Positions 16,001 through 32,287 are shown, numbered from the stretch's first letter. The stretch is DNA of 64,000 nucleotides from Octopus sinensis (GCF_006345805.1 NC_043005.1:682001-746000), one strand, 5' to 3'. Notes: generated by a model not told the origin, from the sequence alone. Made by a program: numbers and translations.

Positions 16001-16100
16001 AAACACTACGATCGTTTCATGGCTGTACCAATTCGAATAACAATAATTTAAATTCAATTAATTATTCGAATTATGGTTACAGTCAATCTTCAGGTTAATT
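16001..16100 (-). ncRNA. Minimal hammerhead motif in the left arm of PLE-2
   Basis: Minus strand reads CTGAAGA, long stem II, GAAA, palindromic ACGATCGT, then A17 (GUA). Confidence 0.6.
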
Positions 16101-17274
16101 GAAATATTTTAATTATAATCAGAAATATTTAAACAATATTTTTAAGATAAAAATAATATAATAATTTTACTTATAATAAACTGTATTATTAAACTAACAA
16201 CTTAAAACTTAACAATTATGATTATGTCAAAATCAATTATAATGTTAAATATTAATTTTAATTTATAAGGTAGGAAACCCACCTATAATTTATTATCGGT
16301 AATAGTCTATATCTAATTACATAAATAGTTTTAAAAATTAACTGTTATATATAAATTATCAATGAAAATATATAAATGTATATAAATATTATAATTAAGA
16401 TCTAAAATAATCTCTTGTTATTTATGTTCAAATGAGTTTAAGGAAATTTTATTTTTTAAGCATGATAATTTAGTGAATATCTGGGATGAGCGCAAAATAA
16501 AATGCAGACACAAGTTACTTTACTAATATAATAAACTTTTTGATAAATAATCAATATTTATTAGCCTTAATCAGCTCCTTATTTGTTGATTTATGTAAAA
16601 GTATTCTAAATATAGCAGGTGATTTGTAGTACTTATTCTATTAGTTTATTTTAGTTATTTATGTTCTGTTTTTAATTATAGTTAGATTATATATAATTGT
16701 TTATTTTATTACTATAGATTTTATTACTAAATATATTTTTTAATAAGTATTTAATGGTTTATTGAATATAGAGTTTGGTAAGTTACAATTTTATTTATCT
16801 TTTAATAAAGTTAAGTTTATATATTTTGTTATAGTTGTGTTATAATTTTGTTAAATTGTAATTTTGTTATATTAATGTATTTGTATGTAATCTCTTTATA
16901 TTTGAAATATATTTATTTAGTTGTTTTTTTAATCTATTTTAGTTAATATAGAAGTATAGATTAGTAAGATTAAATGTTTAGATTAAACTTAACGTTTACC
17001 TCTATTTTTGTATTGTAGTATGAATATAGACATTTATATACGTACTTATTATATGATATATGTGTTTGGGTGTGTATGTATATACATTTATTTATGTGTG
17101 TGTGGGTGAGTGTATATAGGTGTATGTGTATATATTGAGTATTGTATGTATGTACACGTATGTATGTGTGTGCATATGTGTATGTGTGTATGTACGTGTA
17201 TATATGTGCGTATGTATGTATATGTATGTATGTATGTGCATATATATATGTATATATGTATGTATATATATATG

Positions 17275-17355
<81 letters not shown>

Positions 17356-18773
17356 ATATTTATGTATATATGTATACATATGTATAGTTATACTGCAAAT
17401 TTTGATAAGGATTTTAGATATTTTGGTTATGATCACTAATTTTAGCTTATAATTATAAGAGCATGGGGAAATACTTTATAGTACGATGAGGGGTTACTAT
17501 AGAAATATTCTTTTTATATATTTATTAATAATATAAGATTTTTAGAATATATTTAATAATTAGTGGTTTTTAATCATTTAAATTATTTAATTTATTTTGT
17601 ATTAAGTATTATTTATCATAGTTATTTTATTAATAAATCTTATAGTATAGAGTGATTTTATTCTTTATTTGTGACTTCATTCTATTTCCACTGAAAAACC
17701 ATTAATCTTCATTGATAAAGCGTTTTTGTTCCTCACGCTTAATGAATTTGTCAACAATTTAATCTTTCTTTGCTAAGAACGTAATTCCACGAGTATTCTT
17801 ATAAACGCTGTAAAGACGTTTTCCGATTCAAAATATTAGTTCATTACAAAACCTCGCTAAGATAAGTATTTATTTATATTTAAGATCTTTAAATTGTAAA
17901 TTTTAATATTTTATAAGTCTTTGGTGTAATAATATTTTCCTTATGTAAATGTCGTTGTTTACGTAATGATCTAATTATCGTAATTTTCTATATTATTAGA
18001 TATTAAATTTCAGTTTTTTCGTAAGATACTACTTAGCGATAGAATTATGTTTGATAGCAAATATACGAAGTGTCTAAAGTTAGGCTTTTGTATATACATG
18101 TGTTAATTGTAGTTTTAAATTTCTTATAATTAAAATTAGATAAACTTTGATAAACTTAGATATGTTTCGACTAAAGATTGGTCCAGGCCATGTCTAACTT
18201 AATAGCATAACTTAGTTATTGTCTTTTAAAATTGATATTCGCTAGTTATTCCCATTGATAATTATATTTATAGTATTTATAGTATTTATTCGATACTACA
18301 TAACTACGAATTGATTATTTCTATAAGTATTTTATATAAGATTTCCGAAAGTTCGCTTAAGTTTGTTTGTTTGTATTTTTGAAATTAGCTATTTCATCTT
18401 TAAATATGAAAAATTAATTTATTAGGTTTTTATTATATGTGCATATATATTTATTTATAGAGATTATTTTAGATCTTAATTATAATATTTATATACATTT
18501 ATATATTTTCATTCATAATTTATATATAATAGTTGTTTTTTTAAACTATTTATGTAATTAGATATAGACTATTACCGATATTAAATTATAGGTGGGTTTC
18601 CTACCTTATAAATTAAAATTAATATTTAACATTATAATTGATTTTTATATAATCATAATTGTTAAGTTTTAAGTTTCTAGTTTAATAATAGACTTTATTA
18701 TATGTAAAATTATTATATTATTTATATCTTTAAAATATTGTTTAAATATTTCTGATTATTTTAAAAATATTTC

Positions 18774-18875
18774 AATTAACCTGAAGATTGACTGTAACCA
18801 TAACTCGAATTATTAATTGAATTTAAATTATTGTTATTCGAATTGGTACAGCCATGAAACGATCGTAGTGTTTAA
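18774..18875 (+). ncRNA. Minimal hammerhead motif in the right arm of PLE-2
   Basis: CTGAAGA at 18781-18787, long stem II (CTGTAACCA/TGGTACAG), GAAA at 18856-18859, ACGATCGT, GUA ending 18867; stem I is only ~2 bp. Confidence 0.6.
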
Positions 18876-19154
18876 CTCTTTATCTTTCATTAAACTTTGA
18901 ATACTTTTGCAATAAAAAAATTTAAAAAATAATAAAAAATTAATCAATTAATTAATTAATAAAATAATATATAAATATAAAAATATACTTACATATATAT
19001 ATGTATATATTTGTATATATATATATGTAAAATTTATAAGTTTAAATTATTTAAATAATTTTTATTTTTAACTTTTATATTTTTAAATTAATTTTATGTA
19101 TTGGCTTATTTTCTTCACTGTTTGATTTGCCTAATAGTGGTTTTCACTAATTTA

Positions 19155-19276
<122 letters not shown>

Positions 19277-19308
19277 CATCTGTATATATAATATATAAAT
19301 GTATATAC

Positions 19309-19341
<33 letters not shown>

Positions 19342-19404
19342 CGTACGTATGTATTTATGTATGTATGTATGTATGTATGTATGTATGTATCTATGTATGT
19401 ATGT

Positions 19405-20253
<849 letters not shown>

Positions 20254-22265
20254 GGCGTCATTGTTACTGAAATCTTTATATTGATAAACAGGTGAGGAAT
20301 GTGTGCATGCACACACCCACATGCAATGGCTTCGTTGTTACGGAGATCTTTATATTGATAAATCTAGAGATCTCGTTACATTTGCAAACAGTATAGCTTT
20401 CACTAAGCAGGAAGGCTAAACTCTAGAGCTTGACGTTCTGATTGGACCAAGTGGTGTCCTGGTTGTGCATCAAGCATCAGGTTTAAATTTTATTCATGCT
20501 TTATTATTTTTGTTTGTTTGTTACTTTGGTCTACGTGTTTTTCAAATCTGGGCTTCGTTTCCGGCCTAGGGTTATACAATTTCTGCATATTTTCTTTATG
20601 AAACTCTACTGCTTTTATTCGTTCCTTTTTTCTTTCTTTTTTGCTCTCTTCTGTTTTCTATTTTTTCTTTTTAAGTCTCTTATTCTCTTTGTTTTTGTTT
20701 TTGTTTTGTTTTTAACCTCACACACACTTAACCGGTTGAATGGAACTTCTCACAGCATCTTCCGTTTCACTTTCCGTACCAACTTTCATTCCTGCAATTT
20801 ATACTATTTCCAGATTAACGTTCTGCTAGAAAACAAAGACGAATTCTCAGAAATTCATTGTCTTCAGCTCCCTATCTTCTCAGATTCTCACACATAAACT
20901 GCACTGAACTTTATATATTTTTCATTGGCTTTCGTAATTTTATTCACAGTTCTTATTCACATGAAACCTCTTATGATTCTACCAATAAATATTTATGAAA
21001 ACCCCTTTTTCGTAACGGATGGTTTCGGTCAGCTAAATGTCGTAATCTCTCCGTTTTGTAATCATATAGAAGAGATTCAATTCAAGGGAGACATGTTTTA
21101 GTTTCAAATATTTTTGACTTGCAAATTGTTGCATGGAATCCCTTCTCGATGACGCGTACTCTAAAACGCATGGATTAAATCAACTCTTCCGTCTTCTTCA
21201 CTAAGCCTTTCACATAACTAAATCTTTCTTGGTGGAATTTGAATATTTAAACTGAATATAGGACTAGATATTCATATGAGACGCTTGATAGCTTTCCTCT
21301 TTGTAGACAGCGTTGTATAATTAACGAGCGGAGAATAACTCGGGCAATACTCCATTCCGTGTGTCCTCCTCTCGTAATAGAAGCGTCGGGTGGCTGTCAT
21401 GATACACGGATAGTCTTGGACATTCAAACCATGCTGGTTCTTGTGTTTCACGAGCTCTGACAGAAACAGAATCCTTGCAGTGAGGAAGAAAAGGAGGCAG
21501 AGAGATGAGAATCGGCACAAAGAAGGGAATTAGTAATTTATCGATAATGAAACAGCGAAAGGCATAAGTGGCCTGAGAGATGAGATTCGGACAAGAATGT
21601 AGAGAAAAGGAAAGACTACACAAGAAATTCTGTTGCATGCCAATCCGATGCCAATGTTTGCTAATAGTAATGGTGCAATGGAACATAACATATATTGGAG
21701 TGTCACTAGCGTAGCTGGCGTAGGGCGGTAGGTGTGGTCCGCCAGGGCGGCACTTTTAAAGGGGTCTGGATGCGGCAAACGTAGGGGCCACCCCGGGCGG
21801 CACACATTCTAGCTCCGTTAGTGAGCATGGTGTATACATTTCTTTTATATAATAGTAATGGAAGCACTTGAGTGGAGAAAGTATCCCGTGCTCCGTGTGG
21901 CAGAACTGATCCAAATAAAGCGGTAATTACGAAAGGTCTGTATTTCTAGGAACAATGGAGGCAGTTCTGAGGAAATGGCTCCGAAATATCGTTTGCCGTG
22001 TGTTTGGAGAAACTGTTGGAAAGTTTCGACTCACTCGCATAGGAAAGAATTTATGTGAGAGAAGCGCAACTATTTGTATAGACCTAAAAATCAATAATAA
22101 TTTATAAGCTAGGCAAAGAATGCCTACAGAAATAATCACACATGGGGAGCGCCCTGTATTGAGCCTCTTTATGTTGAAGCATCTGTAGACGTATGACAAG
22201 CGGTGAAACCTCATTTCACTATGGCAATATGAAATGGAAATATTCATCGACTTCCTACACACACT

Positions 22266-24829
22266 GTAATAAAACTCATGCTCTCAGGAACGACTCATTG
22301 CAAACAAACACAGGTGGAGTCACCTGCTCTACCTCACCAATGCCCTAGTCATGGAACAAGTTGTACTCAGACCAACGAGGGAAAATAACATTTTGGATCT
22401 CTGCTTCACAAACAATATAGACATTATTCATGATGTGAAAGTTACGCCGACATTAGTCTCGGATCACAACATAATAGAGCTTTCTATGTTTGGGCCGAAA
22501 GAAGCCAGAGGCATACAGCCAAAAGGAAGCACCCGAAATCTCTCCAATCAGAACTTCCACAAAGTAGACTGGAAACCGATCCAAAAAGATATCTGCAGAC
22601 AGGACTGTCCGAAATATCTCTCCACACCAGACATTGGCATGAAACTAGAATATTTCATGTCTGTTATGCAAGCCATATGCCAGAAATATGTTTCAGAGCA
22701 CAAGGCCACAACTAATAGGAACAAGATTCCAAAGGAGAGGAAGATTCTCATGAGACGACGGACGAAGGTTGCAAATCGCCTCAACCACATGCTAAAAGTA
22801 GAGAAAGGTCCCGCCTAAAAACAACACTGATGTAGATTGGAAAAAGCTTGAAACAATTTTTGACAGGGACAGAGCAGACAAAGAAGCCTGGGTTAGTAAA
22901 ACATTAAGTCAAATCCAACGCCTTCTTTCATTACGCCACAGAAACAGCATCATTACACACCGCAAGATAGGATCCCTCTTCCAAAGGATGGCACCCTCAC
23001 AGAAAGCCCAACCAGGATCAGTGAGGTACTGAATGACCAGTTCAAAAGTGTCTTTATCACTCCGTTGGACACAGACAAGTGAATAACCGGTGGACTTTTT
23101 TTGCCGCCTCACCTATAACCAGCGAGGCAATTACGATGGAATACATCGACATTAGCGAAGAAGATTTACTAACCATAGATGAAGTGGACGCAAACTCATT
23201 GATTGTCCTGATGGTTTACCAGAATCCTCCTCAAATCGTGTAAGTTAGCCCTGGTAAAACCCCTCCAGATTTTCTTCCAGAGCTTTCTTGCAAATGGCAG
23301 ACTGCCAAGCAAGCTGAAGGAGGTAATAATATGCCCAGTCAACAAAGGAAGCAGAGCAGATGCCAAAAACTATAGGCATATCTCTCTGACTTCACACATC
23401 AGCAAAGTCATGGAACGGATCGTCAGAGGGAAACCAATTGCATACCTTGAAGAAAATAATTTGTTGAGTGATACCCAGCATGACTTTCGATCAGGTAGGA
23501 GCTGCCCGACCCAGCTCTTACAACATTATGACTTGGTGTTGAGGCAGTTACTCAACAACTCAAATGTGGACGTAACATACCTTGATTTCGCAAAAGCTGT
23601 TGATTAGGGTATGATATGCCACAAACTGCGATTTCTCGGCGTAGCAGGAAAACTTGTTGTGTGGTTACATGACTTTCTGAAAGATAGAAGTCAGGAAGTA
23701 GTGGCCAATAGCGCCTCCTCAACGAAAACACAAATAGTGAGCGGTGTTCCACAGGGCACTGTCTTGGCACCGCTGCTTTTCATAGTGGCCCTCTTAGATA
23801 TGCCCTCAACTGCCCGGATAGCTACCCTTGCAAGGTACGCAGACGATACGAATGTCTCGTAGAAAATACAGAAGCCCAGCAATATTGCGCACCTGCAGCA
23901 GGAGATGACCTCAATTTACAGATGGGCTGAGGATAATAATATGCAGTTAAAAGCTGAAAAATTCCAAGCCCTGCGCTACCAGCATCCAAAACTGAATATG
24001 AAACTTACAGGGTAGACTGGTCCACAGGGAATTTTAATCCCAGAGCCTAAGTCAATGAAGGACCTGGGTATCGACATGTGTGATGATACTGCTTTTCAAG
24101 TGCACATTACCAGGATGGTGACAAAGTGCAGACGACTGACTCGATGGATCCTGAGAATATTCAGAACGAGCGAGAAGGAAACCATGATGGTCCTCTGGAG
24201 GACATTCTTCTCCAGCTGCATGGATTCCTGCTTCCAGCTATGGTCACCCAACAGTGTAAAATTAACAGCGGACCTTGAAGCAATCCAGCGAAGCTTCACA
24301 AAGAAGATCGTCTCATTGCAACAGCTCAGCTAATTGGAAAGGCTGCAACAGCAAAGACTCTACTCCCTGAAGCGAAGGCGGGAGAGGTATGCAGTAATAT
24401 ATACATCTGGAAGATCCTGGAAGGAATTGTGCCAAATTTTGGCATTGGAAGCTACATCAATGCAAAGAACGGGTCGACACTGTACAGTGCCAAATATCCC
24501 AGCAATGCCATCGAGCTTCAGGACCAGTTACTGCAACAACCTGTGTTTCGGGGGGCCACATCTTGTTTAATATTCTCCCAAAGAACCTGAGGAATCTGCA
24601 CAAAGTAGATGTAGGCGTTTTTCAATCAAAGCTGGACGTCTTCCTGTCGAGAGTCCCAGATGAACGTACCTCAAGGCAAGAGGTGCAAATGAGGGTAGCT
24701 ATATCAAACTCCATTCTAAACCAAGTGGCATATATTAAAGGAGGATCTCAGTAATCAGTGTAGCAAAACTTGGTGCTCCAACATGGCCACAGCAATGAGC
24801 TGAAATTATAAAAATGTATGTACATATTT
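22266..24829 (+). pseudogene. CR1-alpha copy
   Basis: ORF fragments 22351-22818, 23410-23607, 23611-23862 and 24055-24333. Confidence 0.9.
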
Positions 24830-24851
24830 ATATATATATATATGTATGTAT

Positions 24852-25123
24852 GAAAGCGCATGGCTCAGTGGTTAGAGCGTCGAGCTTACGAGCGTGAGGT
24901 TGTGAGCTCGAATCCCGGACCGGCTGCGTGTTGTGTTCTTGAGCAAGGCATTTTATTTCACCTTGCTCCAGTTCACTCAGCTGTAGAAATGAGTTGCGAC
25001 GTCACTGGTGCCAAGCTTTGTCTTTCCCTTGGATAACACTGGTGGCGTGGACTTGTGTCTTGGGGGTAACATTCTAGGTGCTATCCCATGGTCATTCATG
25101 ACCGAAGGGGTCTTTACTCTTTT
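24852..25123 (+). mobile_element. tRNA-derived SINE (second family)
   Basis: A box TGGCTCAGTGG (24861-24871) and B-box-like GAGCTCGAATCCC (24904-24916), followed by a non-tRNA body. Confidence 0.75.
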
Positions 25124-25156
25124 ATATACATATATTTATATATATATATGTAAATA

Positions 25157-25223
<67 letters not shown>

Positions 25224-25325
25224 CATATATATAATATCTATATGTATATACATATATATATATATATGTATATACATATATATATATATTTATATATATG
25301 TATATACATATATATTATATATATG

Positions 25326-25382
<57 letters not shown>

Positions 25383-25640
25383 TTATAACATAAGGTTAAT
25401 CCAAACGAGAAAACAGAAAAAGACAACAACACAAAGAGCTGAACAATTAAAGTTATATATATATATATATGTATATACATACATACATATATACTTTGAT
25501 ACTTTGATACTTTGTTAGGTTTCACCATTATTGGCCCAGGCCATGTCTAACTTAATAGCACCACCTGGTGAAGTCTTTCAAGTCAGAATATAAAGATTCC
25601 TGATTAGTGAAAGTGGGGACAAACACACAAAGAAATACAA

Positions 25641-25729
<89 letters not shown>

Positions 25730-25748
25730 GATATATATACATATATAT

Positions 25749-25784
<36 letters not shown>

Positions 25785-26042
25785 AGTGTGTGTGTGTGTG
25801 TGTGTGTGAAATATTCTTTTATTCTTTTACTTTTCTCAGTAACTTGAATACGGCATGCTGAGGCACCGCATAGCGAACAAATCGACGCCAAGACTTATTC
25901 TTGGTAAGCATAGTTTATTCTTTTTCCAGCAGTTCTTTTGGCGAACCGCTACGTGACAGGGATGTAAACACATCAGCTTCAGGTTATCAATCGATGAGAG
26001 GTTGGAGATAAACAGATACAGATAACAACATCCCCCCCCGGC

Positions 26043-26091
<49 letters not shown>

Positions 26092-26216
26092 TACGTATAT
26101 ATATGTATGTATGTATGTATATACATATATATATATATATAACTTTAATTGTTCCACCTCTTTGTGTTGTTTCTTTTTTCTGTTTTCTCGTTTGGATTAA
26201 CTTATTATATACATAC

Positions 26217-26365
<149 letters not shown>

Positions 26366-26500
26366 ACTTTGATACTTTGATACTTTGATAGGTTTCGGCC
26401 ATTATTGGCCCAGGCCATGTCCAACTTAATAGCACCACCTGGTGAAGTCTTTCAAGTCAGAATTTGGGCACTATGGCCCACTCATGTAGAGAGTTATTGT

Positions 26501-28549
26501 TTACAGAGACATATCCGGGTGTAGGGGTTTATCCGGGATTTCTTGAAGGAATCTGTCCAAAGACTTCTTGAACCCTATAGGGTCAGTTTCTGTTTTAATG
26601 TGTTTTGGTGTAATGTTAAAGAGAGCGGCGCCAATTGAGGTGAAATAATTGTGCCGTATTGTTGTTAAGAGATGAGAGTGCGATTTTTGTTTTGGGCGGA
26701 TGGCACGGAGCCCAAGTCTTGGATGTACCCTAAAGGTGATGCCAACATCATTTGGGCAATGCTGATGGAATATTTTCCACATCATGCAGATGATGTAGCG
26801 CTCACGACGACGTTGGAGAGAATAAAGTTTCAGCTTTTCTAGTCGACCCCAATAGTCGAGGCCTGTCATGCCATCTATCTTTTTTGTGATTGCCCTTTGA
26901 GGTGCTTCAACCTTTATGATACCTTGTATTGTGTGGGGAGACCACAGTGGACAACAGTATTCAAGGTGGGGTCGGGCAAAAGTGGAGAAGAGAAGGATAA
27001 TGGTGTGGATATCTCTCGACTGGAAAGTTCTGAGAATCCAGGAACACATTCTGCGGGCCATGTCAACTTTGGTGTTTATATGAGTGGACCAGCTTATGTT
27101 GTTGTCCACAATTACTCCCAAGTCTCTGATGTTGTTGGACGCCGCGAGAGTTTCACCTGAAGGAAGGGAGTATGGGAGTTTCAGGGCATCCTCTTTTCCA
27201 AAGTGGATTAACTCAAATTTATCCTCGTTCAGCAGCATATTGTTTTTTTCTGCCCATTGGATAACAGCCAGTAGATCTGACTGAAGGCATGTCCGGTCAC
27301 TCGCCTCATTTATGACCTTCTGTAGCTTGGAATCATCTGCAAAGATTTTTATGTTGCTGTGCTTGATGATGTCATTAATGTCATTAATGTAAATGATGAA
27401 AAGAAGTGGGCCCAGCACAGTGTCTTGCGGAACGCCACTACTGACTTTGGCTGGGCTTGATTTTATCCCTTCAACTACAACATGTTGAGATCTGTCTGTC
27501 AGGAAACACTTGATCCATTTCAGTAACTTTCCAGAGACACCAATTTTGGATAGTTTTTTCAATAGGATCTTGTGATCGACCCTGTCGAAGGCCTTACTGA
27601 AATCAAGGTAGATGACATCGGTGTTGGAGCCCTCTCCCAAAGCTCTCAAAATGTCATCAAAGTGATGCAGGAGCTGCGTTAGGCAGTCCCTTCCATTACG
27701 GAACCCATGTTGGTTGGAGATCAGCCGTCTGTTGCTTTCCAGAAATTGGGTTATTCGAGATCTCACCACCCTCTCAAATACCTTGATGATATGAGAGGTG
27801 AGTGAGATCGGACGGTAGTTCACTGCAAGGGACTTGTTTCCCTTTTTGAAAACTGGGACAACAGACTGGGACAGAAGGTTTTTTGGAATATAGCCAGCAT
27901 CCAGTGAGTTTCTCCACAGATTAGCAAGGGGAGATGCAAGTTTGTGTCGACACACCTTCAGGACACAAGCAGGGAACCTATCGGGGCCTACTGCTGAATT
28001 GTGTTTTATTTCGTTTATCGCCGCTAAGACATCAGGGGCACTAAACGTTATGTCCGATATAGTGTGTTGGGGGTTGACATCACTGATACAGCCCAGATCG
28101 GCCATATCAGGATTGCTGAAAACAGAGCAGTATTGTTTCTGCAGTATCTCGGCCATGGATTTGGCATTTACTTGGAGAATGCCAGTTTCATCAATTAGAG
28201 GGCCAACAATGGAGACAGTGACCCTGCGTTTCCTCGCAAATGAAAAGAACACTTTGGTGTTGAGTTTGATTTTTTCAATGGCCCACTTCTCCTCAGCTGA
28301 TCTTTGGTTATTGATGAGGGTCTTCATGCATTGTTGGAGGTTATATTTTTTGGATTCAAGCAGTGCGATAGCCGTCGAATGTGTGTGTTGCTGTTGGCAG
28401 TACTTTAGTTTGTTAATTTTTTTGTTTGTTCTTTTTATTTTTCTGATAATGGTTTTTCTGTTTGGGGGATTCTGCACTTTTTGTTCACAGGTCTTGGTGG
28501 GGAGTGTTTTGCACATATGTCTGTGACGGTGTCTACAAAGATCTGCCAA
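26501..28549 (-). CDS. Reverse transcriptase part of ORF2 (682 aa)
   Basis: KSLAVNYRPISLTSHIIKVFER, QHGFR, IYLDFSKAFD, SGVPQDTVLGPLLF, FADD, DLG, SLQRRRERY. Confidence 0.95.
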   Translation of the reverse strand: MADLCRHRHRHMCKTLPTKTCEQKVQNPPNRKTIIRKIKRTNKKINKLKYCQQQHTHSTAIALLESKKYNLQQCMKTLINNQRSAEEKWAIEKIKLNTKVFFSFARKRRVTVSIVGPLIDETGILQVNAKSMAEILQKQYCSVFSNPDMADLGCISDVNPQHTISDITFSAPDVLAAINEIKHNSAVGPDRFPACVLKVCRHKLASPLANLWRNSLDAGYIPKNLLSQSVVPVFKKGNKSLAVNYRPISLTSHIIKVFERVVRSRITQFLESNRRLISNQHGFRNGRDCLTQLLHHFDDILRALGEGSNTDVIYLDFSKAFDRVDHKILLKKLSKIGVSGKLLKWIKCFLTDRSQHVVVEGIKSSPAKVSSGVPQDTVLGPLLFIIYINDINDIIKHSNIKIFADDSKLQKVINEASDRTCLQSDLLAVIQWAEKNNMLLNEDKFELIHFGKEDALKLPYSLPSGETLAASNNIRDLGVIVDNNISWSTHINTKVDMARRMCSWILRTFQSRDIHTIILLFSTFARPHLEYCCPLWSPHTIQGIIKVEAPQRAITKKIDGMTGLDYWGRLEKLKLYSLQRRRERYIICMMWKIFHQHCPNDVGITFRVHPRLGLRAIRPKQKSHSHLLTTIRHNYFTSIGAALFNITPKHIKTETDPIGFKKSLDRFLQEIPDKPLHPDMSL

Positions 28550-29420
28550 GATGTTTTATGGTTGGTGGAGATGTGTGTATGTGTAAAGGACCAGTCAACA
28601 TGTGATAGCTCGTTCCTGATTGCATCCCAGTTGGCATTATGGAGATCCATGTTGTCAAATGTGTGGGCTGGAGGGAGGTCACTAGGATTAGCTTTCGGCT
28701 GGTGGAATTTCATGTTACAGAGAACCATGTCATGGTCTGAAAGAAGGGTTTTTTCCACTGTAACGTTATGTATAGTGTTAGTGTGGTTACTAAACACTAG
28801 GTCCAAAATGTTCTGATGTCTTGTTGGTGCAAGGACAAGTTGGGACAAGAAAAACTCATTCGTAAAGTCGAAAAGTGACTCTGCTGCTTCTTTGTCAGCG
28901 GTTGAGGCGGGAGTGCTTGGTTTCAAACAGTTTGTAGTCCAGTCAACACAGGGTAGATTGAAGTCTCCCATCATGAGTAGGTTGCTAGAATGGCACTGTT
29001 GAATAAAGCACTTAATGCTGTTGAGGCATTCTTTAAAGCACAGTATGGGTTTTGGGGGCGGCCTATAGAGCCCAATTACTGTCAGGTCATTGGCTTTGTT
29101 GTGCACGGTGACTGATTCACAGTAGCCGTTGGAGAATATACTATTTCCATCTGCCGTAAACGAGTCACGCAGGAAAATGGCAGTTCCACCCTTCCTCCTG
29201 CCGATACGATCCGCGCGGATGGTAGTGAAATTCTTCACTCTCACTTCGGCTTCCAAGTGGGAGTTGTCAAGGTGGGTCTCAGTGAGAATGAAGAAAGGGA
29301 TGTGGTGTGGATGGTTACCAACCCAGTCTTCAATGAATTGGACCTTCCATTTTTGTGCATTGATGGAAGGGCTGACACCTTGTGCATTGAGTAGAAATGT
29401 GGAAGTTAGTGTAGTGGCTG
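28435..29420 (-). CDS. APE-type endonuclease part of ORF2, frameshifted from the RT
   Basis: LNAQG and TETHL upstream of the listed ORF 28435-29256, then GLYRPP, GDFNLP, PTR...ILDLVF and SDH; start approximate. Confidence 0.85.
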
Positions 29421-30757
29421 GTTTTGACTGTTGCAGGGGGCTTGGATTTTTTGTGTGTGTTAGGGCAGCAATGTGGGGAATTGGTGCACTGGGGTAATAG
29501 CATAGGATGGTGTTGAGTGATGGCTAGAATATTTTTGTGTATCTCTTTTGCCATGTTCAACATGGCTAAAAAAGAATTTTCCTGCTTAGGGAGAAGTTTT
29601 TGGCTGGAGGTGTGGTTGCACTGTTGAATGGAGTTGTAGTTTCCACTTTTGTTGTTGTTGTTTTTGTGTCTTCCTGAAAAGACTGGACCAGCATTACTGC
29701 AGCATGGTGTGTTTCTATTTTATTTTTATTCAGGTTTGTGTGTTGGCTTGAAGCCCCGTTTCTGTTTGTGCGTCGGGTCCCTGGAAGATGAGTGAAGGGA
29801 CAGTCACTCAGCAGACATGTTCTCTCACGTTGGGAATACCGGCAGATTTTGGGACTACGAGTCGTGTGTGTTTTGAATTTCGATTTACTATTTGGTGGTG
29901 TTGATGTTATTGTGGGATGCGTGCTTTGGCCTTGGCCGGTAGTGCGTCTAGTGCCGGGTAGATGCGTGAAGATGCAGTCACTATTTGTGCAGAGTCTCTG
30001 GCGCAGTGAATAGCGGCATATTTTGGGGTTTCTTGTTTGTGCCGTGGGGGGCGAATTCTGCTTCCTATGTTTCTTTAAGTTTTTGTTACTGCGGTAGTAT
30101 TGAGGTGGTGATGTGGGGAAAGAGAGCAGTGGTTTTTTATTTGGTTTTTTGTTGGTATTTTTGGTGATAGAAGACGATGGTGGAAGCGGTGGTGATGATG
30201 ATGATAATTGTGGTGGTTGCTGTGAGAGCGGTGAAAAGATACTGGCATTTAGTGAATCATCTAGTATGCTAGAGTTGAGGAGTGGCTGTTGTTGTTCTTG
30301 TTGCTGTGGCTGTTGTTGTTGTTGTTGTTTCTTGACCGATGTTAGGGTCAGCCATTGTGCTGGGAACCAGGAGTGGTTCATTCTGTTGTTGTTGTTGTTG
30401 TTGTGGCTGCTGATTTTCTAGCTGTTGCTGTTCTTGAACAGTGAAAATATAAAGAAGCTTTTCAAAATGGCCTTTTGTCAGTTTGAAAGATACTTCGATA
30501 TGTTTCAGTTTGCTACGAATCTGTTTGACGGATCGTGTGTTGATCACTTGTGATGTTTTTTCGGCAATCTCATTCAAACACAAAACATTTAAATTTTCTG
30601 TTTGGGAAAGAGAGAACCAAGTGTTTATTAAAACATCAATTTCATTATCAGACCAATTTCGTCTGTTGCAGGCCTGCAAGCTAGTCATGTTTGTTTTTCT
30701 TTTGATTTTTTTGATATATATATATATTCTTTCTTGGGAGTTAAAGAAGTGTATCAA
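29330..30757 (-). CDS. ORF1 split by frameshifts: Myb/SANT-like N-terminus, poly-Q, two CCCH-type fingers
   Basis: RRNWSDNEIDVLINTW...EIAEKT...RSVKQIRSKLKHI; then KICRYSLRQRLCTNSDCIFTHL and KICRYSQRERTCLLSDCPFTHL (CX8CX4CX3H). Confidence 0.7.
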
Positions 30758-31034
30758 TATATAAATGTTCTCTCTTAAGGGTGTGAGTTATTGATTATTT
30801 GGTTGTTTGAGGATATTAAAAGAAAAACAAGTGTATATAACAATTTGTAGTTAAATAAAAACGTACTTACGGGTTTGTAGGCAAACACGTGGTTACAAAT
30901 ATATATATATTTAAGGTCAGTTAAGTTTTGAAGCTGTGTAGCTTGCTACTGACTTGGGAGAGAAACAAATAGACGTACATCCAGTTCAACAGAGGCACTA
31001 CATATATATGTATATATATATATGTATATATAAA

Positions 31035-31966
<932 letters not shown>

Positions 31967-32199
31967 CGGGGGGGGGAGTGTCTGTCTATCTGTCTCTGTT
32001 TATCTCCACCTTTCATCGATTGATAACTGAAGCTGATGTGTTTACATCCCTGTCACGTAGCGGTTCGCCAAAAGAATCTGCTGGAATAAGAACTATGCTT
32101 ACCAAGAATAAGTCTTGGCGTCGATTTGTTCGCCTATGTGCGGTGCCTCAGCATGGCCGTATTCAAGTTACTGAGAAAAGTAAAAGAATAAAAGAATAT

Positions 32200-32287
<88 letters not shown>

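Noticed and set aside
24852-24925. tRNA gene
   Set aside because: A and B boxes are present, but there is no acceptor stem closure and the sequence continues into a SINE body.
27942-28526. 194-aa plus-strand ORF and other ORFs opposite LINE coding regions
   Set aside because: They are antisense shadows of RT or endonuclease frames.
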